The translations under genes and the position numbers were made by a program. From NCBI RefSeq assembly GCF_963921235.1, contig NC_086108.1, forward strand, positions 19,406,001-19,470,000: a stretch of 64,000 bases of DNA, in the 5' to 3' direction. Source of the stretch: Mobula hypostoma. Taxonomy: Eukaryota. The notes beneath the pieces were generated by a model. The model was not told the origin of the DNA. It was given only the letters and a program-made list of their open reading frames with translations, and did not search any database. Below are positions 25,527 through 37,879 of this stretch, in pieces (within the stretch, counting starts at the first letter, position 1; every line of letters starts with the position of its first letter).

Positions 25527-26618
25527 CACAAACAACAGGAATTCTGCAAATGCTGGAAATTCAAGCAACACACATCAAAGTTGCTGGTGAACGCAGCAGG
25601 CCAGGCAGCATCTGTAGGAAGAGGCGCAGTCGACGTTTCAGGCCGAGACCCTTCGTCAGGACTAACTGAAGGAAGAGTGAGTAAGGGATTTGAAAGTTGG
25701 AGGGGGAGGGGGAGATGCAAAATGATAGGAGAAGACAGGAGGGGGAGGGATAGAGCCGAGAGCTGGACAGGTAATAGGCAAAAGGGTTACGAGAGGATCA
25801 TGGGACAGGAGGTCCGGGAAGTAAGACGGGGGGGGGGGAACCCAGAGGATGGGCAAGGGGTATATTCAGAAGGACAGAGGAAGAAAAAGGAGAGTGAGAG
25901 AAAGAATGTGTGCATAAAAAAAAGTAACAGATGGGGGAAGAGGGGGAGGTGGGGCCTCAGCGGAAGTTAGAGAAGTCGATGTTCATGCCATCAGGTTGGA
26001 GACTACCCAGACAGAATATAAGGTGTTGTTCCTCCAACCTGAGTGTGGCTTCATCTTTACAGTAGAGGAGGCCGTGGACAGACATGTCAGAACAGGAATG
26101 GGACGTGGAATTAAAATGTGTGGCCACTGGGAGATCCTGCTTTCTCTGGCGGACAGAGCGTAGATGTTCAGCAAAGCAGTCTCCCAGTCTGCGTCAGGTC
26201 TCGCCAATATATAAAAGCCACATCAGGAGCACCGGACGCAGTATATCACCCCAGCCGACTCACAGGTGAAGTGTTGCCTCACCTGGAAGGACTGTTTGGG
26301 GCCCTGAATGGTGGTAAGGGAGGAAGTGTAAGGGCATGTGTAGCACTTGTTCCGCTTACATGGATAAGTGCCAGGAGGGAGATCAGTGGGGAGGGACGGG
26401 GGGGGGACGAATGGACAAGGGAGTTGCGTAGGGAGCGATCCCTGTGGAATGCAGGGGGGGGGGAGGGAAAGATGTGCTTAGTGGTGGGATTCCATTGGAG
26501 GTGGCGGAAGTTACGGAGAATAATATGTTGGACCCGGAGGCTGGTGGGGTGGCAGGTGAGGACCAGAGGAACCCTATTCCTCGTGGGGTGGTGGGAGGAT
26601 GGAGTGAGAGCAGATGTA
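25527..26618 (-). mobile_element. Penelope-like element 3' fragment with terminal repeat
   Basis: NRVPLVLTCHP...HIILRNFRHLQ...AFHRDRSLRNSLVHS and GIY-YIG-region remnants. The terminus at 25527-25670 is the source sequence of the fold-back elements. Confidence 0.9.
25628..25663 (-). ncRNA. Minimal type I hammerhead ribozyme (PLE-associated), intact core
   Basis: Minus strand AGTC-CTGACGA-AGG gtctcgg CCT-GAAACGTC^GACT: stem I AGTC/GACT, core CUGACGA and GAAA, stem II AGG/CCT, palindromic ACGT stem III, GUC cleavage triplet. Confidence 0.8.
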
Positions 26619-27968
26619 CCTTGCACTTTAGTTTGTTTTTTATGTGTGATTCATCTGTTCATTTTATCCTTACCTTCATAAGTCATCTCGTGTTACATAT
26701 GTTATGGGACTTTACACCCTGGTTTGAAGAAACTTCTCATTTCTATACACATGATATACTTTATATACATGTACTGTAGTTAAATGCTAATAAACCTCAC
26801 TTGTCATAACTGTCTTGACTGGGCCAACTGTGACAAAGAATATCCTAAAATCTTTCCTCTTCTCATATCATTGCCACTGAAGTCCATCATCATGGGTCAT
26901 CAAAATCAATGATGGTGCACTGACAAAATCCAAACCTTGGCTTGGCTTCCTCAACTCTCCACACTATCTAAATTAACAAAATTAATTTTCTTATATTCAA
27001 TAGTGGATAAACAGAATTTTCCTCCAGCTAAGCTCCAGCTAAACAAAAAACATGTGCTCTAATCCCTGCCATCCGCTCCATTCTCATGCACTTGATACAG
27101 GATCCCTTCCTGGCCACCCAGGAAATCTCTGGATATGTTCCAACTTTGAAGGGATGGTATAAATGCAAGTTATTGTTGGTGGTGCTCTTCTGGTTCCAAA
27201 CCCAAATGACGAGTCATCTGTTCTTCTGCCAACATGTTGATTGCAGTTCAGTTGGTTTGGCTCACTTCTCTGGATTCTAAATTACTCGAGTTCACCTCAA
27301 TCACAACACAGAAGAGTGTAACATTGCATTAAAACCTAAAGCAATTCTCTGAGGATGCAAACACTTCCTTCTGCAACTGATTTACCTTTCTGAGATTGAA
27401 CACAGGCTAGAATAGTAACAATAACCAAGCCAACACTTCAAAAACACCAACAAGCTTTTCCAAGAACAGTAATCCAAAGTGGCAGGGGAAAGGAAGAAAG
27501 GAAGAGTTGAAAACATCAAACCAATTTTACAAGTCTCGCTTCTGTCAAGAGACACCTTCAAAAATAACAGTGGAATAAGCCTTCAGGAGAAATTGTGGAA
27601 TAAGTTGCTTTAAACTTGGGTAAGACCTACATACCTGCACTTGAAGTTATAAAACATCTGTGTCTATTTAATGTCTGTCACATTCCCTTCAGGGCATTTT
27701 CAAAGATTCTACAATAAATTAACAACTTCTGATATTTCGTCATTGGCTTATTGCAGAAAATAAACAGTCATATGGACAAATGTATGTCTGCCTGCAATGA
27801 AAGTCAGGCCTGCAGTAGCATCACAGGCACATGAAATACTCCTCACCAGTGCACAATCATCTGAGTCATGAAACAACCTGGTTGTCCTCTGGACCTCTGC
27901 TCTACAACTGAAGAACTGCATTGCAATATTCTATCAAAAGAGCACCAAGAAGCAATTATGTACAAATA

Positions 27969-28021
27969 GCAGCAGAGAATTAAATCAAAATTGAATTAAT
28001 TTTGATTTAATTCTCTGCTGC
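27969..28021. repeat. Perfect 24-bp inverted repeat with 5-nt spacer
   Basis: gcagcagagaattaaatcaaaatt-gaatt-aattttgatttaattctctgctgc. Confidence 0.95.
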
Positions 28022-31000
28022 CAGTTGTATAGCATTGGCTTTTTGATTTATAGCAGACCTGAGTGCTGATAATGGCTGGGATCACCCATCTTGTAAAGAC
28101 ACTGCCCAGAAGGAGGAAATAGCAAACCACTTCTGTAGAAAATTTGCCAAGAACAATCATGATCGTGGGAGGACAGAGGATGATGGACAATGATATTAAT
28201 GATAATGATTACTTATGCCAAGGTACAGTGAAAAGCTTTAAATAATTTAAATAAAGCAATAAATAATTTCCCACTCGGGATCAATAAAGTACTTATTATT
28301 ATAATACAGATCAATCCATTACAGTAGTGAAATGAGATAGTATAAGGTAAAAAAAATAACAGAATAAAGTGTTACAGTTATGGTAAATGTGCAGTGCAGG
28401 CAGGCAATAAGATGCAAGATCATAATGAGGTAGGCGGAGGTCAAAAATCTATCATACGAGGGCTAAAAACCATAATATTCTGATGGGACATTTGTGCCCA
28501 GTGTGTGATTCCCAGAAGGCTCATCTGCAGATAATTCATTAGGAAAATTAACAAAATGTTATTGTTTATTACTGGAGAGGCTTGCTTCAGTTTAATAGGG
28601 CACCAGTGAGTTCATAACTGGAACTAAGTGACCAGTATTTGTCTGCAGTTAAGAAAGCATCTTAATTCAAAGCAATTCAGAAGAAGATCGACCAGACAGA
28701 TTTTCCAAATAGGAAAATTGCCTTATGAATAAAAGGTGAGCAGGCAAGGTTCACATACAAGAGAGGAAGGTGAGATGACTGAAATAACAAGTCGCAGAGT
28801 TGATGTTATAGATCAATGATAGCATGGTTCTTCTTTCGATTGGAGATCACTGTACAAGTCAGAGTTGAGGCAAAAAAAAGCTCTCTCCAAGCATGCTAAT
28901 GTTTACAACTCTCTTCCTCAAAAGGTATTGAATCAAAGTTATTGAAAACATTTCAAGCAAAAGATAGACAGGTACTCGATAAAAGACACAAGGTTACCCA
29001 TTGTTAGTGAGAACAGAGCTCAGGTAACAGCTGGATCACCTGAAACCTTACTGAGAAGCACAGCAGGCCAGCCTGCTCCTATTCCGAACCAATAAGGTGA
29101 ACCTTCCCATTGCACCTATGCATACATGCATTTGTGTATACGAAAATAAACTTGCCATGACGTAAATCTATTCCAATCCTCAAACAGACAGACACATTTA
29201 TTCAACACCAGTTCCACAAAATTACTTTAAATACTCTTTGTGCATTTGAATCATTTTCTGGTTAGATGAAGGCGCACTCAATTGCAGTAGCCACTCCAGA
29301 TCTAAACAAAGGTGTAATTGCAGTCCTTAGAATTAGTCTGAAATTCTTTCCATGAGTTAATATCTTTCCTTAAATAAGACCAGTACTATACACAATATGC
29401 AAGCTAGAGTCTCATCGATTCTCTAACTGAAGGATAACCACCCAAATTATGTATGCAATTCTCCTCATAAATAACATAGTTAACTTGTTAGATAGTCCTT
29501 AGCACCTTTTGTGCAATTATAAGACACTGCTGGATATTGAAAACATCAATTGCCACAGGTCTGTCCCACTGGCTAGTTGCTTGATGGCGGTGGAGCTGAA
29601 CTTGTTGTGCAGCATGTTGCTGGCAGCTACAGCCACCCAAGGAAGGCATCAGCAGCGGTGCACGGAGGCAGTAAGCAATTCAATCAACAGTACAAATGAT
29701 TGTAATCGATGCTTTTCTTGCAATCATAAGACATTGGCTAATGCAGAATACTATTAGTCTCGTTCACTAGTTCATTGGAAAGAGCATCGGCAAGGGAGTT
29801 GTGTGGCCTCAGTTGTTGCACAGACTCAGCCCTCATGCCAGAGTGTCGCCAGTTTCAGTCACCCAGGGAAGGAGATTCCAGAGCTGGTGTTGGATAAAGC
29901 TAGAGTCTGTGCTGGGTTGGGGGCTGGCCCCTCTTGTCAGTGCTGCTCTCCGGAGTTCTCTTGCTGGTAGTCTATTTGGATTGCGTTCGTCTGTGGCTAC
30001 ACCAACAATCTACAGGCCATGACACTCAGGGACTTGGGCTACATCTAATCTTTTTGCGAACTGTTCTTCTGCTGTCATAACTACGTGCTGTATGTGACTG
30101 ATGGTACTGTGTTTTTCACCGTGGCCCCAATGGAAAGCAGTTTCATTTGGCTGGATTCAAGGGCAATGACAATTAAACCTGAACTTTAAAATTGGACTTT
30201 CTCAAACTGCAGCTGCCAAGTAGGGAACAGCAGGTAACCACAAGAAAAAGGCTATTTGTGCAACCTCCCAGCTGATGAAAACTTGCCTCAACATAAATAA
30301 GGCAAAAAAAGTGGCTGGAATACAGATAGCAGTTTAGGAAACAGCTCTGTTATTCTATATTTAATTGGGTGATGTGGAAGTTGAAACAAGAGATCGGTAA
30401 GAATGCTGTATCAATGTTCATTTCATCGCAAATGCTTGCTAACGTTAAATCATGTCAATATCAAACACACTGGTTGCTACAGAAACTCTAATCCCACTGT
30501 GCCTTACTTTGTAAAAGTTATCAAAAAGATGTTCCTTCAGATTTCTGGAAAGCCATACAAGAACAGCTCTCAGTGCTTTCATTAGTATTAGTTCAGCCAT
30601 TCAGAAGCAATAGCCACCTTTGGTGCTGCAGACCTCTGCCACGCTCAGAGTTGCACCAATCCCTCTCAAATCTGCTTTTCCTCAATACCTTAAAATTAAG
30701 AAAAGTTTCAAAGTAGTTATTAATTAAAATAGTCTCTTCAGTTGGGTTCTTTCTTTGTGCAGAGGGAAATGGAACGGCACTTTTCTGGAAAGCTCCTATT
30801 TGCTCTTTGTCAAGTGCAAAGAGACTAATTCATCACCTTGGGAACCAGCTGCCTGAGCTCCTTGTGAAAACAGTGTGGGGAATTAAAATACTTTTGCTGG
30901 TACACAATCCTGTCTAGTGCTTAGACAGTAATACATTAGGAATTCCACCAGAACTTTGGAAAAATATTAACATGCATAGTACGTTTTCTGAACAAAAAGG

Positions 31001-34000
31001 TAAGTTTGAGAAAGAATGGCTGAGGAACAAAATCCAATGGACACTGGGAGTGCCATGCATACTTGTGCAGCTTCCCTGCTGAGATTAAAACAACACAGTT
31101 AAAAACAATGCAAGATAAAATCCTGGCATATTTAAAATATTTCCCAGAGTAATTCACTTCAGAGGAACCCTAAATATCAAAGGACATTGGATTTTGGCAG
31201 CCGGTTGGCTAAGATTGTGATGTAATGATAATTCAATAAAATTCTATAAATCAAAAACTAAAATATATCCTGTTACATGCAGTTGCTGCCAAAATGTGTG
31301 GTGGACTTTAAGAAGCTTTCACTAATATTTCAGCGTGACAGTGGTGTCCAATAATAATCCAGCTGCTGATTTTATATTCTTGCCATTGCTGGTATTACTT
31401 CATTGCAAATACAATTACAACACAGCACAACAGACTAACGTTCACTCAGTATGCATTCTTCAGCTAAACTGATTCATACACCTCAGCTTACCATTGGTAT
31501 CTTTACAGATCTTGTTCTTTTTCCAACATTATTTAGTTTGCGTTAAAATGTATAACTACTTCCATAGTTCACATTTCACATGAAGAATTTAAAGTTTCTA
31601 ATTTGATGCTTTCCAGATCACATAGATAGCAATCGTACGTTTGTGGTAGACCAGCAACTCTGAGGCCAGACCTACTGTATTAATCCAGGGACACAAGTTC
31701 AGAACCTTCCAAGGCAAAGGAATTTAAATGTAGCTAATTAGTTCATAATTTGGAAATAAAAAGTAGCCGTAGTAAAGATCACAAAATTTTCAAATCATGA
31801 ACATTTTTACATCATTCATTTCTTTCTCTATCAAATTTCACATGCCTTTGCAACCAAGTGTGAATAACCTCGATTAGCACATAAAAGCTAAATAGTATTT
31901 TCCCCCCTTACTTTGTGCTTCCACTCTCCTCCAACTTGTAAATCCCTCCAGTAATCAACTCACTTCTGCATCATCTTCTGTGGTCCTTCCTTCTTACTTT
32001 GCACTTCACTCCTTATTAACAAACAGCCAAAATCCAAGCAACCAGCAGCAATTCCTTCTGCCTCAGATAGTAGTAACTATTTGAAACCTTTCTGGGCAGG
32101 AACCATCATCTTAAAGACATCAAACGCTTTGTCCACATTTATTTTTATCAGCACTGCTCCAATGTCATATTTAACCTTGCTGATGACACTATTGACAAAT
32201 CAACGGTGGTAACAAATCAGCATATAGGACGGAGATTGAAAATCTGGCTGAGTGTTACCTCTTCCTCGATGTCAGCAAGACCAAGGAGCTCATTATTGAT
32301 TTCAGCAGGAGGAAAATGGAGGTCCATGAGCCAGCCTCATCGGGTGGATCAGAGGTGGAGAGGATCAGCAACTTCAAATTCCTCATTGCTATCATTTCAG
32401 AGGACCTGCCCAGGCCACAACACACAAGTGCAATTATGAGGAAGCATGGTAGCACTTCTACTTTCCCTTGGAGCTTGCAAAAATTCAGCATGACATCTAC
32501 AGTGTAACGGACTACAGATGTGTGGTGAAATTTTATGGCACCAGGTCAGACAGAGGCAACTCTTCCTGCTCAAACAACAATAAGAAAAATATACTTTGGA
32601 GGGCAGATAAATTTACATCCTAAGTGACCTGGCACCATCATGGCTGAGTGGTTAGAGACAAGATAACAAGATAACAGGCAAGGAGCAATTCATTACCTAG
32701 TCCTCGCCCATTCACCTTTCTTGTCATCACTGTCCATGATGTTGGGGATGGCAATTTAAAGTCAGAGAGGAAAGATTCCAAACAGGTGTGGCAGTTCAGC
32801 TGGGCACCCAAGAGGCACTGTGAACCTTTTGCAACAACAGGAATTTACATCTATACAATATGTACCTTTTTTGAACTGACTAAACAATCTGGCGCTTTTG
32901 CAATGTCCTGGGGAATTCGGCAAACTAGGTTCTTGAGGATGCGGGTACACTCGGGGCAGTGATCGATTGGCGTGGTCTCTGTGGTGAGGCCTGATAGCAG
33001 AATAGTCATCACTCGTGACGACTAAAGCATCAAGCAAGATTAAAATCAGCGATAACGACAGCTGAAAGCAAAATGGTGTTCAAAGCCATCTGCTTCTGTT
33101 TGACCGATCTCCCTTGCTTCTCACTGCTACAGTTGGGCGACGGGTGCAGGAGTCTTGGGTCCACGCCGCCAGGTTCGGGAGCAGTCGTTGTCCTGCAGCC
33201 ATCGGGCTCCTAGACAGGCTTCACATGCCTCTGCACTGAACGGGATCCACAGTTCCGGACTCGCTTTCGGAGACTCCACACTTCATGTTCCATGTGCATT
33301 TGTTTGTTTTTTACTATTCACATGATGTGTGCTCTTCTGTACTTTGGATATGTGGCGGTCTTGTGTGTATTTTTTAGTGAACTCTGTTGTGTTTCTTTGT
33401 TTTGTGAGTTCCTGCAAGAAGGTGAATCTCAGGTTGTACATGATATACACTGATAATAAATTTGAACTTTGATCAGGACCCACCAAACAACCAACTCTAT
33501 CTATAACTATAAACAAGCCCAGGGTGGGAAGGGTTTTATCCAGGTGAGGAATACACAGGAGAGCCCCCCCCCCAGGACAATACGTTAAAAGTGAGGTCCA
33601 AACGTGGCTAGCTACAACATAAGACAACATGCAAGAAAGAAAGCTGAATGATCGCATAACCAAAAAAAAATCAGATGAGAGCTCTGCAGTCTCGCACACC
33701 CCTTTGTAGAGGGTGTTCAGTATGTGAATCACTAATGGGTGAAGGGAGAGCAAAAGACATGCCCAATGGTGATGAGGCATGAACTTACCCAACACATCAA
33801 TGCTGAAGACAAGACTGAATAAATCACATTGAGCTGAAGTAAATGGCTCATTTGGTATCCTTCTGGCATCCACATTATCACACTTAATCTGCCAACCATT
33901 GCTCACTTTGGTGTCCAACAGGACCACTGATTCAGATCTTAGCTTATGGTTGAACATTATCACTCCAGACCAAAGAGCAGAATCCCCAAAAGATAAAAGT

Positions 34001-34389
34001 GACTGCCCTTGAAACAAATCAACATTTGACTTAGTGTGGCATCTAAAAGCCCTGATAAAACTGAGGTCAATGTGCAAAGAGAAAGTATTCCAATGTTTGG
34101 AATTATGCCAAGAATAAAGTAAATGATTCTAGCCTCAGGACACTACAGCAGGAGCACCTCGAGATCACATCGTTGAATACTGGACCCCAATACCTTCAGA
34201 TGCTTCTCTATTCTTCACTGAGAATTGTTCAATTCTATTTGCTGATACCACAATAGAGAAAGCTGACTTGGAATTGTTTTTACAAATTTAAATTGCCAGG
34301 CTGCCAAATACTAAATACAGACTATATTCAAAGCTGGGGAAAATAGAGGTCAGGTGAAATTAAAAGATTTAGTGGACACTATAAACAAA

Positions 34390-34910
34390 GAAAAGTACAG
34401 TACATGAACAGGTCATTCAACCCAAAATATTGTACCCAACTAATTAATTAGTACTCAAATGCCCTCCAAAACGATTCCCTTCTGCCTGCACGTTGTCCAT
34501 TCCTGCACATTCATGTTCCTTAACAGCCTTTTAAATGCCTCCACCACCACCCCAGGCAGCACATTCCATGCACCTATTACTCCGTGCCAAAAAAAACTTG
34601 CCCCCACATCTCTTTTGAACTTACCCCTTCTCACATTAAGCACATGCCCTTTGGTATTAGATATTTCAACCCTGATTGTCAGCTTTATTTATGCTCTCAA
34701 TCTTATTTACCTTTACTCAGCCTCTGCCTCTCTAGTGAAAGCACCTCAACTTTGTCCAAACTATCCATATCGCACATGCCCTCTAACCCAGGCATCTTCG
34801 TAAACCACTTCTGCACCATCTCCAAAACCTCAATGTCCTTCCTATAACAGGGTGACCAGACCTGATTGCAACATTGCAGATGCACCCTAACTAGTGTATT
34901 ATAAAGCTGC
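34390..34910 (-). mobile_element. CR1 3' fragment
   Basis: LYNTLVRVHLQCCNQVWSPCYRKDIEVLEMVQKWFTKMPG (ORF 34703-34912). Confidence 0.8.
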
Positions 34911-37879
34911 AACAGAGAAACAGCATCTGAGCACTGCTTTCATTTGGAATCGAGGACAGTCTTTCCAGTGTTTCTCTTTTATTGCAACACATGAAAAACC
35001 AGTAATTATATTTATGTCACGTCAGCAGAAATGTAATCATAGTTGTACATTATTTCACCATCACTGTTTCCTCTAAAGCTGCTTGGATGCGCAGTAACTG
35101 AAATGCTCCTGCGCACATTGCCTTTGTTGCCAGGCAGCTGGAATTGAACACAGTTAGAAATAGTTCAAGAAACATGAAAGATTTTCTTTGTTGTACTGTC
35201 TTTCATTATACCCTTCAATTAATAAAAAGTATGCAATTTTTCAATTTTCTTTCCAAACAGTCATAGTATGCATATTACAAAACAAAACCACATTCAAAGT
35301 AGCATGCAATTTCAGGCCATGTAAAAATTTCATGCTCAGAGCAATGGTATTCTGTTGCAGAAACACACTACTTTCTCAATTTAATGTACAAATTCAACTT
35401 GAGCGTACTTGTTCATATAGTAAATTCATAATTCAGGGCAAAGTGCTTCAATTGCCGAACAAATACAAAGAAGCCAACGAATTATACCAGGGTGCTTTTA
35501 AATTCAATTTTGTATGAATGCACCCCACAAGCACTGGTATTTGCTGGCCTTGATCTATCAGAACCAAGGTTTGTGGAGGTTTATACTGGCAGAAAAATGA
35601 TTGGATTTGGTCCCACCGACAACTAACGAAGAAAGGACACTATTGTTCAGCAAAGCCCTTTCACAGATGTCACCAGCTGGGTCAAAAAACAGTGCAATAA
35701 AGCAGTGAAATATAATATCAAGTATTAAGGATCATCACTGGTAACAGAAAATGTAACAAGATACAGAATCACTGAAGTAGTAACAGGGGTTGTTATGATA
35801 CACTGAACAATTTTGTTATACAAACAGTGTAAAATCATTCATACACAGTGATGGTCAACAGGGTGCTCATTTAATTACAAAGACATTAAATTTTGTTGCT
35901 CAAGTCTCTCCCCGTTTATTACCTACATCTTTCCCAACTGCTATACACCTCCTTTCTCTTACTTTGTGTATGCATATTAATCCTTCACTTACAACTTCAA
36001 TGTATTTGCTTCAACCATTCTGTGTGACATGTTCTACATTCTGACTCGGAGTAAAAAATAGTATTAATGTTTCATTCTGGTTTATCATACTATCCTCTAT
36101 TTATGCACACTTGACAGGACTCAAAAGTGGACATCCTCCCAGAACAACCTCTTCACTTTGTACACCTTTATCTGAGTCTATCCTTCATTCAACCAACAAC
36201 AATGGAAAGTCGTGCAGGAGTGCCAAACCCAATCCAGGTTAAATAACAGCATGCTCCATGAGCATAGTGAAATAGCATTTAGTCAGTCATAACCTGCAAC
36301 AGCCAGGACACTGCAGCCCTAGAGTTCATTCAAAGAACATTTATTATCAAAGTATGTATGCAGTATACAACCCTGAGATTCTACTTAGCTGTGACAGTCA
36401 CGAAACAAAGAAAACCCTGGAACTTTTCCAAAGAAAAACATCAAACCCCACCTCCCCACGGGCCAAGAAAAAAATCCAAATCATGTAAACAGCAAAAAAA
36501 AACAAGATGCACAACATAAAACACAAAAATGAGAGTCCACAATATTCAGTTCAATCTAGCGCAGTGTTATTTGCAGAGCGCCCCAATTCAAATCGTCCAA
36601 AATACAACAAAAAAAAGGAGCAACCAGGAAGCAGAAACACATCGTAACATGAATTACAGAGTCCAGTCCACAAATTGTGTCGATTAAACATTGCCCAAGA
36701 CTCCAGCACAACCAAGTGAGAGGGAGAAAGAAAAACCATTCAAACCAGAGCCCCTCATCCAGGAGCACTGAACATGGCAGACAGAGAGACCGTCATATGC
36801 AGATACCTTCCTCTGGCAACAGCAAGCAAGAGGCTGGTAGATGGTGCTTTACACCCACTTCCCTTCTGCTCACTCCTCGATGATTTCAATCCTACTCAGT
36901 GCTTTAATCGGTAAGATATGCAGTTGATCATGGGCTTGTGCCCCATCTCCAGGCTTATGAGCCCCAAGCGCACACATGTTGCCTGAAACCTCATGGAACC
37001 CTCCAAGAGAGCAAAGCACCAGATCACTCACTCAGTCCGAAAACACACCACCAAAATGTAGATTACAGGTTCTAACAGTAGCAGAAACACATTTGAAAGA
37101 AAAAATGTAAAAAAAAGTGAAAGTAGTAGTTTCGTGAACCATCTGGAGGATGTCACGTTGTTGTCTGGGCCATGCATGTAAACAAGATACACAAGAACAT
37201 TGGTTCAAACTTGAACCCCAGAAAAACTCAAGGCAGGATAAAGTGACACAACGTCTACATATGACAGTTATTCAGCGAATCGACTTTGAGCCCCTCTCAT
37301 ATCCATAAACTCTAGTGCAGAGAAGTTCCAAGAGTAAGTGACATGGAAGCATCAGGACATGCATGTTTTGGTCTAGGGGTTCCCAACCTGGGGTTCACAG
37401 ACCCCTCAGTTAATGGTAGGGGCCCCATGGCATTGGGACCACTGTTCTAGTCCAAGGTTACACAATTATCCTGAATTGAATACATTCCATAATTGTCACT
37501 AGGTTTAAATCATATCCCTTTAGGTATTGCCTTGAACAGGACAACTATCATAGTTTAAGTCAGTGCCTTGCAAGAGCAAAATGGAATGAATGATAAGTGA
37601 CAGCAATTATAACAGAAAACTAAGAATATCTCAACACGAACAGCTCATTGCTGTTCCAGTATTTGTGGACACTTTGCTACACACCAAGTTAAATGAATAG
37701 AAACCAGCTGCACGATTTTACATGATTATTCTTCAAATCTAGAACGGCACCACAAGCGAGTGATGCAAATTCTTGAAATAAGCTGTATTGCATCTCTAAG
37801 CAGAATTTTAAACATTAGATGCACGCAGACATACATATGGCACAAGTTAGCCACAAGTGTCAGGCTGGAAGGTGGGCAC

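Noticed and set aside
33283..34077. 264-aa minus-strand ORF
   Set aside because: Runs across antisense repeat tails and decayed LINE sequence; no recognisable domain or splice context.
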